NCBI GenBank assembly: GCA_964304625.1
Contig: OZ199838.1
Coordinates: forward strand, 15,899,864-15,963,863
Direction: 5' to 3'
DNA length: 64,000 nt
From: Kudoa neothunni
Taxonomy: Eukaryota > Animalia > Cnidaria
Under the pieces are notes generated by a model. It saw only the letters and a program-made list of their open reading frames with translations. It had not been told where the DNA came from and did no database searches. Every line of letters starts with the position of its first letter. The stretch's first letter is position 1. The translations under genes were made by a program, and so were the position numbers. Positions 52,831 to 64,000 of the stretch are shown here, one piece after another.

Positions 52831-55581
52831 CAGGAGTTCCCAAACGGGGGTAAACAGTTGAACATCATAGTTGAATATAAAATATTCATGTATAATAAAA
52901 TTAATTCCCTACGACATTGAAATGAGTATTAACAAATTTATTTTTATTCAATAACACCGGGCAAGGTGCTTTTACACATTCAAAGTAAACAGAATTTTAG
53001 TCACATGCTCAGCACCAACTTAAATCTGTTTAAATTTTGTCATGTCGAAGAAACGCACGTATCTGTATTCGTATATACAGTATGGGTTTGATCTAATTGT
53101 TGTGATGGGGTCGAGGAACATCAATGTGTTTTGTGTTCAAAGATCCTTGGAAACGGTCTATGAAACCTTCGATTCTAAAGCAACACTTAGAATCCTTACA
53201 TTCTACTCATGCATCTGATGATCGAACAAAATTTGGTTTCATTCAAGAGAAAAACCCAATGCTTGCAGCGTCTTATTACATAGCACAAAGTAAAGTGAAA
53301 GAAAAGAAGCCTCACGACATTGGTGAGAATCTTATTAAGCCTTGTGCCCTAGACATTGTGAAGCTGGTATGCGGTGAAGAAGCACGGATGAAAATTCAAG
53401 CCACTCCGCTCTCTAATAATATAATTCCACAACTTATTGTTTTTGTCAGGTTCATAAGTGTAAATATTTTAAAAAATGAATTTTTATTCTTCGATAACTT
53501 GAAAAAGACCACCAAAAATGGCTGATGTAATGAGAAAAATACAAGATTTTTATGAAACGCACGCTCTTATTTGGGAAATGGTTGGGTCAACCTGTAGTGA
53601 TGGAGCTCCAGCTATGATGAGAGTAAGATCAGGTATCACCGCGCTTGTTAAACAACAAGCACCAAATGTGATAACAACACATTGGGTTCTTCACAGATAT
53701 GCTTTAGCTTAAAGAACCCTCCCCAAAAACCTGAAAATTTTATGGACAACTTTGTCGAGACCGTGAACTTCATCCAATCCAGAGCATTGAATAACAGCTT
53801 GTTTAAACCTTTTTGTGAGGAGATGGACTCTGAACATACCGTTTTTTACTCCATAATGAAGTGGAAATTTATCTTCGCGAGCGCGATTCTGACTTTTGTG
53901 ACGACTTCGCTGATCCTGAGTTCATCGCCTGCTTAGCGTACCTTTCAGATTTATTTAAACATCCCAATCAAATTAATAAGCGGCTTCGAGGGATAGCAGA
54001 AACTATTGTGGAAGCACGCGAGATTATGACGGTTTTACAAACAAAACTAGATTTATGGGAACGTAGGGTTCTACAAAATAAATTCGCAAATTTTACAAAC
54101 ATAGATGAATTAAAAAATAACAGATCTGTATAACTTACTCTAGTTAATTAAGGAATCGCTGAGAATTCGTAAATTTTGAGGAATCAATTTAATGGCTACT
54201 TTTCCAAAGATGATTCCACCGAGAAATGGATTTTGAGACCCTTTTCAACTTCATTCTCAGAAATAGAAGATAATGATCCTGCTATAGACGACTGTTTGAT
54301 CTTCAATCTTCCTCTATTCTCAAAATGAATTTGAGTAGATCGGTGTAAATTTTTGGTTGAACCTTTCAGATTCATTTACTCTTCTCATCCAATGTGTCTA
54401 CTTATCATTGTGAATAAGGATTTTCAACATTGGTAACAGTCAAAACAAAGGCCAAGAATTGCTTGAACACTAGTAATGATACGAGAGTAGCATTGTCGTT
54501 AACAAAACTTGAGAATAGACAAACTAATTTCTTTAATAAATGAACGGTGTTCTCACTAAAAATTGTCTTAGCCTACATGTATTTCTTTGTTCTTTCTTTA
54601 AATTGGACGCTAATATTTTTTAGTGTCTTTGAATGTGTTATTAAAAACAGTGGCTACTACTTTTTACTCTTTAATTATATTGAAATGTTCGGTATAGAAA
54701 TAATATAAAATTCCTTGTGTGTTTTTATCATATGGATACTTAAGCTCTTCATTGCAATTCTTAACAGAACATATTCTATTTTTATGATGGCTACACATTA
54801 AACTTAACTGATTCCAGGGTTATATCTTAGAAAATACAAATGTTTGAATTTATATTGAGTTTAAATAGGTAATCAATTTTTGGTGATTAAAAAGGATATT
54901 TAAATTTAAAAAAATAATATTGGCATTAATATTTAAGATTTTTGTTTGTAGGGAAATAATTTAACCTATCAATTAGACAGGTCAAAGTAAATGAAATTTA
55001 ATAATTATAAAGTAATTTTCTATTTCGCAATTTGGTCACTATAAATTAGCAATAAAAAAACAGTGAATTTGCGTCGAAGATCCCAACTTTATAATCTAGC
55101 AACCTTTTTTAATTTTAAGCCGTCCACTAATTTTGTTAATTATTTAATTATATAAAAAGTTTTAAAGCTTATTCTTCAAGGCAAAATGAAACTTTGCGTG
55201 TTACATTATTTCGATAAATTATATCCAATATATTATTTCATAATATGAAGTTTTTTTCAACAACATATTTCTTTGGAATATATTTAAGCCTTTAATATAA
55301 ATAAAAATAATTGTTTTGATTAATTTAAACAATATTTGATATTATATATTACGAAAGGTAATATATCGGTTTTAACCGCTAATGGCGTCATAAAACAAAA
55401 AAGTTTGAATATTTTTTAAACTTTTTCAATTAAAAACCTTATCGTTTTAGTAATTATCAAGATATAGTTAAAAATAATTTCTCATTATAAAGATATTTAA
55501 TGCTATTTGATGTATTATAATGGAAAAGACACCCGTTATCGGTTAAAGGGGTAAATGGTGAAAAATCGGTTGGGAACTATT
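52831..55581 (+). mobile_element. hAT Buster-type transposon with a frameshifted ZBED8/FAM200-like transposase (~53042-54558)
   Basis: TIR CAGGAGTTCCCAAAC / GGTTGGGAACTATTG. Remnants MSKKRTY..YGF, KKPHDIGENLIKP, CSDGAPAM, HWVLHRYAL, LAYLSDLF, terminal SH*. Confidence 0.9.
55376..55542. mobile_element. Small TTAA-flanked MITE nested in the Buster element
   Basis: TTAA-CCGCTAATGG ... CCGTTATCGG-TTAA. Confidence 0.45.
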
Positions 55582-55589
55582 GATATTGA

Positions 55590-56665
55590 GTCTCTAATTT
55601 CAACAAAATACACAAAAGCTCTGAAATCTAGTAAACATATAGTTAGCATCGATAAAAATAATTTCGGGGTATGCTTCAAAGATATTTTTCATGCTCAAAT
55701 CTTCAAAAAAACTTTATAGTCAGTCTTCCGTTCTCCAATATTTGTATCCATGTCTCTTGTTTCTTTTTTAGAGTTTGTAAAAGTTCTACATTCTTTGAAT
55801 GGGATTTTATTGAATATTTCATGATGATTAATTGTTTTGTGAGGAAAAAACCTCATTTTTCTCAAAACAACTTATCTTGGATAATCTTTGAATTCTCATT
55901 AACTTATAAAAGTTGAGAAATAAAATCAACTTCGTCATTAGTTTGTTTTTTATATTTAATAACAATTTTGATGAAATATTTAAGGAATCATGATTATGGA
56001 AAAGGTTGAGGGTTTTCAACACAAGCATTTCTCCGTCAGTATCTATTGAAAACTTTAAAAACATAAGTATCCCTTTAAAATAAGAATTTGAATTTATTTG
56101 GTCAGAAGATCGCTTTCTCTTAAATAATACAAATTATTACTGTAAATATTCATACATATATTAAATTTTTTAAAATGTACATTTTTTACAGCACGAATAC
56201 AACAGTATTTTATTTGGTAATATTTAAGAACAGAATTTAAAACTATACTACGTCTCTTCTTTGCAGTTTCAACGGTTTTAGAATCTGATATGGATAAATT
56301 GTGCACACCATTTAATTCGAATTCCTCAATTTTCAATTTTAATTATTCAAAATTGTTACATGAATTTCCGATATTGAAGGAATTGTTTTTAGCAATAATG
56401 TTATTAAGGCTTGTGTTATTCCCCTTAGTATTCATTTCACACAGACACGAATTTCATTACGTAATTTCTTCTACAATAATCAGATATTTTGAGATATAAC
56501 AATCCCATCTTTTCATTATTAATGTTAACGAAGAAATACCTCACTTGTATACAGTGATTTTAAATTATATCATCAAATGATGAATACAATATTTTTATTT
56601 TACAATAAAATACACACTTTGAATAATACTTAATTCAAAAAAATAGTAAACCGATAGCCACTGCC
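55590..56665 (-). mobile_element. Truncated MULE, same family as 3563-5978
   Basis: Direct-repeat homology to ~4650-5978. ZSWIM3-like N-terminal remnant (YYQIKYCCI, LKTLNLFHNH), YPEIIFIDA motif, terminal CACTGCC. Confidence 0.8.
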
Positions 56666-56795
56666 TTTTATTAATCTACAATTAATAATTAAATCATTGT
56701 AATTTTATAATCAAAACTTAAAACGCGTAAAATCAATGACTACAATAACAATAACAACAATAATAATAAATTATATTACTTAAATAAATTATATA

Positions 56796-59700
56796 CTAAC
56801 TTTGGGATTTTGCAACACTTTTGGTTGAAAATGTTGTCATTTTTGTGCTAGATCTGATTTTGCTACTTGACGAAGAATACTTGCTAGTGGATAACCCCAA
56901 TCTCCAGCTGGAGGAAATATGCTTTCTCATCTCATTGTTACCAACAACAAAAATGAAAAATGAGAAAATTCCAATTGAAGTGTTTATGACATTGGAAACC
57001 AATACAATAAACTCACTATAGAACAAACTGGACACCAGTTGAAGAAGCATTGGAAAACCTAGCAAAATAAACAGGAACAATAATTGTTTCGCACGTTTTT
57101 TTATGGAGGCTTTCTTATTTTTGGTGCATTCAGATTTAAATATTGTTTTCAAAACCATCACAAATACTATAATATTGAACAATAATATCATTTCACCGGG
57201 AATAGTTATTGTTGCGAGTTTTAAATACCCATGTGGTATACAACTATAATACATTTCAGATATAAATTAGTTACTTACTAATCAGGAATAAACATATACT
57301 TTTTATCTTTAACGTAATACTTTCGACAAAATTTACAGCAGAATAGTACGGTAGCTACAGGAATCACTAAAACAACATTACAAATTTTATGCATAGATTA
57401 ATCTTTACCCATGATCGTAAAAGTAATCGCATTCATAATTTTGGAATTTATTTTCTTCATTGTGAGGACCAGATTTTTAAGCAATAATAGCGAATGCAAT
57501 AATAGAGAAAAGTATTGACTCATAAGAGCATAATGTAGAAATACTGCAACATGAAAGCAAGAACTTTCAACCTTATTGAATATATTTCCAAGGATAAATG
57601 AAAGATGAAACATGAAAAGAGAGGCACACATCCACAATTGGGTCAACAATTTTATTTTGAATAGATTTCTATCAGTAAATTATTTAAACCGGTTGGTATA
57701 GGAAATATTTATAAAATTACTTTGATGTCAAAATACAAACTATTGTAACGACAAGAAAAAATAAGGAAATCGTTGTTAATGTTAACGATATTTTTTGTTG
57801 ATAATATTTATTTGTGGAGAAATCCTCGTCGAAAATGTCGAAAATAATTGCATAGCTTGTTGTGTGGTTGCAAGTACATGTGTAATTAGTGAGTGAATTC
57901 GACAAGGTAACCTCCCTCAATATGTAGCAATAACTTGTTTCCCATGACAGCTTTTTATCTACAAATATAAATATTTAATTATATAATTAATATTTTGTTG
58001 AATATACTGTGTAATGTGCAACATCTAAAATTTTTCTTTTTATCACCCACTTTAACAATTTGACTGTAAGTTATATTCAACTTTTTAGTTAAGCTGTTTG
58101 ATATTTTAACCACGATCACATCACCCGCAATAATATTGGACTTTTGAACTGTAATGTTAGTTTCTTTGTTTTTAGTCACAGCTAGTACAATTTTGTTTTT
58201 AGGTTCATCTCCCGCTGTCGAATCGGTGTCCGAAAAACCCAAGCTCAAGTAGGTGGATTGCAGAGTCTCATCGGATTTATTTATTTCTTTCGAATTTTCA
58301 ACAATATCCATTATTTCCGTGTTGTCTAAGGGCATTGAAAAATACAACGATTCCGAAGTTTTTATCGAAGTGAATGATTTTATTTTTATATTATCTGATA
58401 TCAATTCTTGATTATCCTCCAAATTCAAGATGCTTTTATCAAGAAGATTGATTTGTTTCAAAAACCTTCAGAATAACATCAAAACGCAGAAACGAAAAGT
58501 TAATTACGTGTCATTTTCTTCTATGTTGGTTTGATTTTTAGGAATATCATTCGATGCTATATATTTAGTTAGATAATAATTTATTATATGGATTTATGAG
58601 GTAATTACTAGTTTCATTTTTCTGATATACAACCATATCCCAAGCTTTTATAAATAACCCTGTATTCTAAATCGAGCACATTATCATTGTCCTCAAATTT
58701 TCAACAATCATACCAAAGGTTCATCAGATTTTGATTCTAATTTCGCTTCCAACTCTTCTGTGTCTATTAAAATAGCTTCCCAGTTAACTAAAGGTTTCGT
58801 TATAATTTCATTTCAATGTATGAAAATCCATATTACACAAATTGGGTTAACGTTTTAAAGACACTAATACTTTTATGAGCTAAAAAAATATTCTTTCCAA
58901 AAAGTACTAGATAACGATAAAATTTAGTTTAATTAGTTTTAAAACAAATAAATAATATCCCTAATAATCCATAATCCTCAGAGTACATATACTGTTAACA
59001 ATCGCGGTACTCTTTTCTTAGTTTTACGTATTATTTACTAAAGTTACAATTTTAAAATTAACAAGTATAAACAAAAAAAAATTTATTTTCTAATTTGGCA
59101 TAGATAGTTAATCAGACGAATTTATTTCCAAATTTAAATTTTTACAGACTGGAGATTAGGCAAGCAGTCGTTAAGTATCAATTTTAAAACGATACCATTA
59201 GTTTAACGCCTAGTTTCCCTTAGGAAATGTGTTAATTCCGGCCTATAAAAGTAACGTCGGTGTTCGAGTACCCTTCTATTAGTGCTCGTGTGTCTAAATT
59301 TTGGTAATGGTAGTTTGTTTGAAGTAATACAAATCAAAAACATTTAAAAACGAGAAAATTGACATGAAAATACAAATCATAGTCGGGAAAGGATTTATAT
59401 TTGGCACATATAAGTAGGAAATATGAATTTAATAACTAAAATATTCAAGTATCAGTTTTTCAACATTCAAATTCTTGATGTAACAATAAATGAAATAAAA
59501 TATAGATGGCGTATTCGTTTATGATAATACAATTATAATTAGTTTACTTATCTATCTAAATAGTATAAGTTAATTACCTTCTATGGTCAGCTTCTTCACG
59601 CCGGTTAACTGTAAGGATTCAAATAAAAATTGATAACTTTTGGATTGGTCTAGCTTTCCCAGAGTTCTCATTAGGCACATTTTCTTTTCACATGATAATT

Positions 59701-60489
59701 TTTCGAATTCCTCGTTTGAATTTTTCACCATATTTTGGTGTGTATCATGTAGAGACCATTTCAACGAAATATCAGTAAAATCTTGATCTAATGTAAATTT
59801 TATATTTATAACATTATCATTATCGTATGTATATTCGATTTGGAATGTGCTTCGGTCTAAAACATTTATTATACCATTGAAACAAGTAAAATAATATGTT
59901 TGATATATAATTAGATCCAAAAATATAAAATGTTTAGTTAGTGATTTTGAAATTCATATAAATAAAAAATATATTTGTAAAAAAAAAATTAGTGGAGTTG
60001 TACAAATCCTGATGGAGTGTGTCTTAAATTTCGTCCATCTAAGTTAGCATTATATAATATATTGACAACCATAACGAAGGATCAATTTTGGAATGTTATA
60101 ATGCTTGATTTAACGATAAATGGAAATAAATATAGCAGACGTATTTTATGATGATGTAAAATGATTATAATTATTTCCATTTATTTATTATGATAGTGTA
60201 AGATAATTACCATCTATCTTCAACTTCTTAACGCCGTTCAGTTGTAAAGATTCAAATGTAAATTGATAACTCTTGGATTGGTCTAGCTTTCCCAGAGTTC
60301 TCATTAGGCACATTTTCTTTTCGCACGATAATTTTTCGAATTCCTCGTTTGAATTTTTCACCATATTTTGATGAGTATCATGTAGAGACCATTTCAACAA
60401 AATATTATCAAAATAATAATCTAAGGTAAAATTAATATTTATGACATCATCTTCATCGTATGTATATTCGATTTTGAATGTGCTTCGGC
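56796..60489 (-). CDS. Adhesion-class (secretin-like 7TM, GAIN/GPS) GPCR, multi-exon; N-terminus unresolved, may extend to ~60.9 kb
   Basis: GPS WETSYC...YTCTCNHTTSYAIIF. TM1 ISLTLTTISLFFLVVTI, TM3 CFHVAVFLHYALMSQY, TM5 ILLFNIIVF, TM6 LFILLGFP, TM7 NTSIGIFSFFIFVV, Ser-rich tail. GAIN-like exon 57979-58461. Confidence 0.85.
59578..60489 (-). repeat. Tandem duplication (633-bp period) of a 279-nt phase 1-1 exon encoding an FN3-like domain
   Basis: Exons 59578-59856 and 60211-60489, each AG..GT flanked, with identical core LKWSLHDTHQNMVKNSNEEFEKLSCEKKMCLMRTLGKLDQSKSYQF. Confidence 0.85.
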
Positions 60490-62023
60490 CTAAAATAGTT
60501 ATTATCCCACGGAAACAAGTATAATAATAGGTTCGATATATAAATTAAAAAATATGTTAAAAAATATAATCATAGTTTGATTATTTGAAAATTAATATAT
60601 ATATAATAAACATATTTATTAGGAAGATTTTATCAAAAAATACAAATCCTAGTTGGAGTGTTTCACATTTCGCTCATCAAAATCAGAAATATAAATTTAT
60701 AACAACAAACATAATCGTATTTGAATTCTTCATTATTCAAACCCTTTATTTAACAACTAGCGCGAACTGCCTAGTTTTGCGCGGGATAGAGAATACTTTA
60801 TCGTAGTACATGTATATAAATAGAGAAAAATATGAATTTTTCGATTGATTCAGAGAAGAAGTTAAATAAACCTTTTTTTCTAAATTCATATTTTTAACGA
60901 CTTTGATATACGCAGTTAAAGTTAAGATCATCTTTGGGAGATAATAAAAATAACTGTATAACTCTGTGGCAACTAGAAGCGATTAGTTTTTATTGCTTAA
61001 ATTAATATATTTTTATCCGGCACATTTTTACACTCTCTTTCCTCAAAACAACTATGAAACCTTAAATACACACAAAAATATTTAAATAATTAGAAAACGT
61101 ACAATTTCAATCCATACATTAAATCTTAATGCTTAAAATATGTATAACGGGCGGTTTAACGAAATTTGTGGACTCAGCTTCAGTAGTAAAGGCTTGAATC
61201 TATCCGATTAAAATTAACGCAATAAATTATTCACTAATTTTTTAAATTTACATATATTTGTTTTATCTAATGTCGTCTATAGAACTTTGATAGTGTTCTT
61301 ATAAAGTCATATATATTAAAAGTCCCAGTCCCAATATAAGGAGCGTATCTAGACACATATCCAAATGGACACACTTTCTTTATATATACAGATAGACAAA
61401 GGATATAAGATGTATCTTGAAAGCATGGTGCTATGATTAATGCCCAAGAAATAACCAGTATCAAACACGCAAGAATCCACCGCAATGTACCCACGCACTA
61501 TGTCGGATAAACACATGGATATAGAACTTAAATTTTATCCACTAAAAACACTTGTAATAACTTGCAGAAGTTTAATATAGATAAATGTCGTCACGAATAG
61601 TTAGATATACTACTATTATTGAAACCGCGTAATTCCTTTAACAAATCTAACATCAACGCAACACAATTTCCTATATTATTTTTTAACTTCTGTCAGTGTA
61701 ATAACAAATAATAAAATTTTTAAATTATCATAAACTATTAACAGTTACATAAATATCTATCTAAACTTAAAAAATATTGCAAAACGTGTGTATTTAGGTC
61801 ACCCGCACGCATACCGACAGTCCTCCTTTATACAGTAGGTGACTGCTCGTGCGCCTTACCACTCGTGATCACCTGCCATAATTTAATGACTTATACAACA
61901 CTCTTACTAATTAAAATGAGTCGAATAAACGCATAACAATTATAATAAGTTATTAAAACCTTAGTTTTTGTTTTAATTCGCTGTAAATAAGAATGCACTC
62001 AAATTTACCACTCGTGGGCACTT

Positions 62024-64000
62024 GAAGAGAATCAAGCAGTTTAGTTCTTTGAAAGATAAAATGGATATAATACCATATTATGAAAGAATATCGAATGGAA
62101 TAATAATTACAAATAATCACAAAACATTAAAAAAAATTCACTATTTCTAAGAAGGATGATCTAATTTATTTGAGCAAAATGTACAAATTTTTCAGAAAAC
62201 GAAATTATCAAATGTTATTTTAGGTCATAAATCTAGAAACGACGGTTTACGATTCAACAAAATCAGAGCTTTACCAGTAAAATATTAATAATTTTTTCAA
62301 AGCAAAATCCAACTAATAAGTAAGATAAAAACTTTTATTTACATTTTATTGAGTATATTAAATTTATTTTATCACTAACTCTTACTCCTACTTTTCTTGA
62401 GTACAGAAAATAATTTATTTGTTACGAAACACTTCCTTAAAATATAATAATTCATTAAGAAGATTTTCTGCATGTTTTTATTTGAAATTGTCCAAACCTT
62501 ATGATGAATAATTAAAAATAATTTTTATTATAATAAAATAGGATGTATTATTTGCATTTATTTTTTTAAAATTCTTGTTGACAGAAATCATTAATATTAT
62601 CATCAAGTTGTCTAAATGGTTTTTTATACAAATAAAGTCAAGAATCGACTAGGTTAATCGCATTGAACCTTTACATCATTTTTATAAAAAAAATTGTTTT
62701 TATTAATATACTATCGAATATAAATGCAAAAATAGTGGTAAATAAGAGACTAAATTGCAAGAGCCCAAATTAAGATTTTACTTTTTTTGGCGCAGAATAG
62801 ATCGTTTTTACACGACACCAATGGCCAGATCATTTATTAATCTATTGATTAGTCGCCATGTTATACAATTATTGCCACATCTCTTGATTAATATTTTAGC
62901 AAGTATTTTGCATTTTACGAATTCTGGTTTTAAGGAACTGGTTTGTTTTGATTGCATTCATCAATAAAAACATTCTTTCGACATTTGCAGAAGAATGAGA
63001 CATTATTGTTAGAATTCGTTATAAGATATGATAAAATCGAGAATTTGGAATTTTCTAAACCATCTTTTATTTCCTTCAATTTGAACCAATATCGAGGAAT
63101 GATCTCACGAGAAATCGGTAGTTTCACAACAACTAAACGATAGCAACGCCATTCATCATCAAGTTCGTTTAAATTATCATCAGATAAAAGTTGGGAAAAT
63201 GGATAGCCAATGGTATAATTGATAGTGAGGAATATTGAATATGTCGAGATCTGTCAGGATTTAATACATTGAACTTAGAGACAGAATTATTTTCGTCCAT
63301 GTTAAATTGGATTCTTATCTGATTACACAATTCAACCAGAAATCTTAAATAACCTCGTTTGAATCTTGTCTCCTTTACGGCATCGAAATGATTATTTATT
63401 AAATACGCAGTTGCATTTCCACCAAAGTATATTTCGGTTGTTGGCTTATGATGATTAATATCTGCGGGATCAATTTCTGAAAGTTTTATCGATTGTAGCA
63501 TTTCATCTTTAATAAAAAAATTCAAAAGGTAATTATATTCAGATGACAATAATTCATAAATGATGCAATCTAAATTCTTCAGACTGAAATTCGCAGTTTA
63601 ATCTATTGATTCTTTTCAAAAAATATTGGAGAAAAAGTAGTATTAGTTTGGTGGAGTGATTTATAAAAATTTTAAATATTTCGTTAACGTCGTCTATTTT
63701 CTCGGGGTTTCCTTCGCCTTGAAAGTATTATAATAGATCCTCATATTGGTCCAACGGATAACAAATGACATTCTCATGCGACAACCATATTGTTTGCGCT
63801 AGTTTTGGTATTTTGTGGGAAGAAACATTAACAGACTCTTGAATAAGAGAGAATTCTCGTTGTCGTTTGCTGCTTTGCGAGAAATAAAGAGTTAAGTTTT
63901 TTAGGAATGTTTCTAGGTAGGATAGTAGCAACTTAACCGCATTACTTGCACATAAGGCGATTGAATGGCAAACACATCCCATGACGATAACGGATGCAAT
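62024..64000 (-). mobile_element. Decayed hAT (ZNF862/Tip100-like) transposase running off the window
   Basis: Remnants CVCHSIALCASNA, SQSSKRQREF, TIWLS (TRWLS), ELDDEW, with frameshifts. Possible terminus CCACTCGTGGGCACTTG at ~62008-62024. Confidence 0.8.

Noticed and set aside
1-64000. Alternative genetic code or prokaryotic operon/CRISPR interpretation of the fragmented ORFs
   Set aside because: In-frame stops in the intact genes fall inside GT-AG mini-introns, spliced frames are open under the standard code, and no repeat-spacer array was seen.

Overview
This is very AT-rich eukaryotic (animal-type) DNA with tiny GT-AG introns, mostly 40-60 nt, and dense DNA-transposon debris. That fits a compact, reduced parasite genome such as a myxozoan or mesozoan, but the taxon cannot be fixed from this window. 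The main feature (1-42.8 kb) is a tandem array of at least 7 same-strand, highly diverged paralogues that the ORF track fragments. Spliced by hand, the full copies are 9-exon genes (copy B = 470 aa) encoding a signal peptide, a Cys-stabilised ectodomain, one C-terminal TM helix and a short tail. The ectodomain aligns in order with all five apyrase-conserved regions (ACR1-5) of the GDA1/CD39 (NTPDase) family. The phosphate-binding DxG motifs are destroyed in every complete copy, so this looks like an expanded family of catalytically impaired 'pseudo-NTPDase' surface proteins. Five copies are intact, one is frameshifted, one is cut by the window edge, and there may be an eroded relic. Downstream lie a 4-exon GPN2 GTPase gene, a nested transposon stack (piggyBac, pogo, Merlin-like, hAT/Buster, MULE), a minus-strand adhesion GPCR with a recently duplicated FN3-like exon, and a decayed hAT transposase running off the window end.
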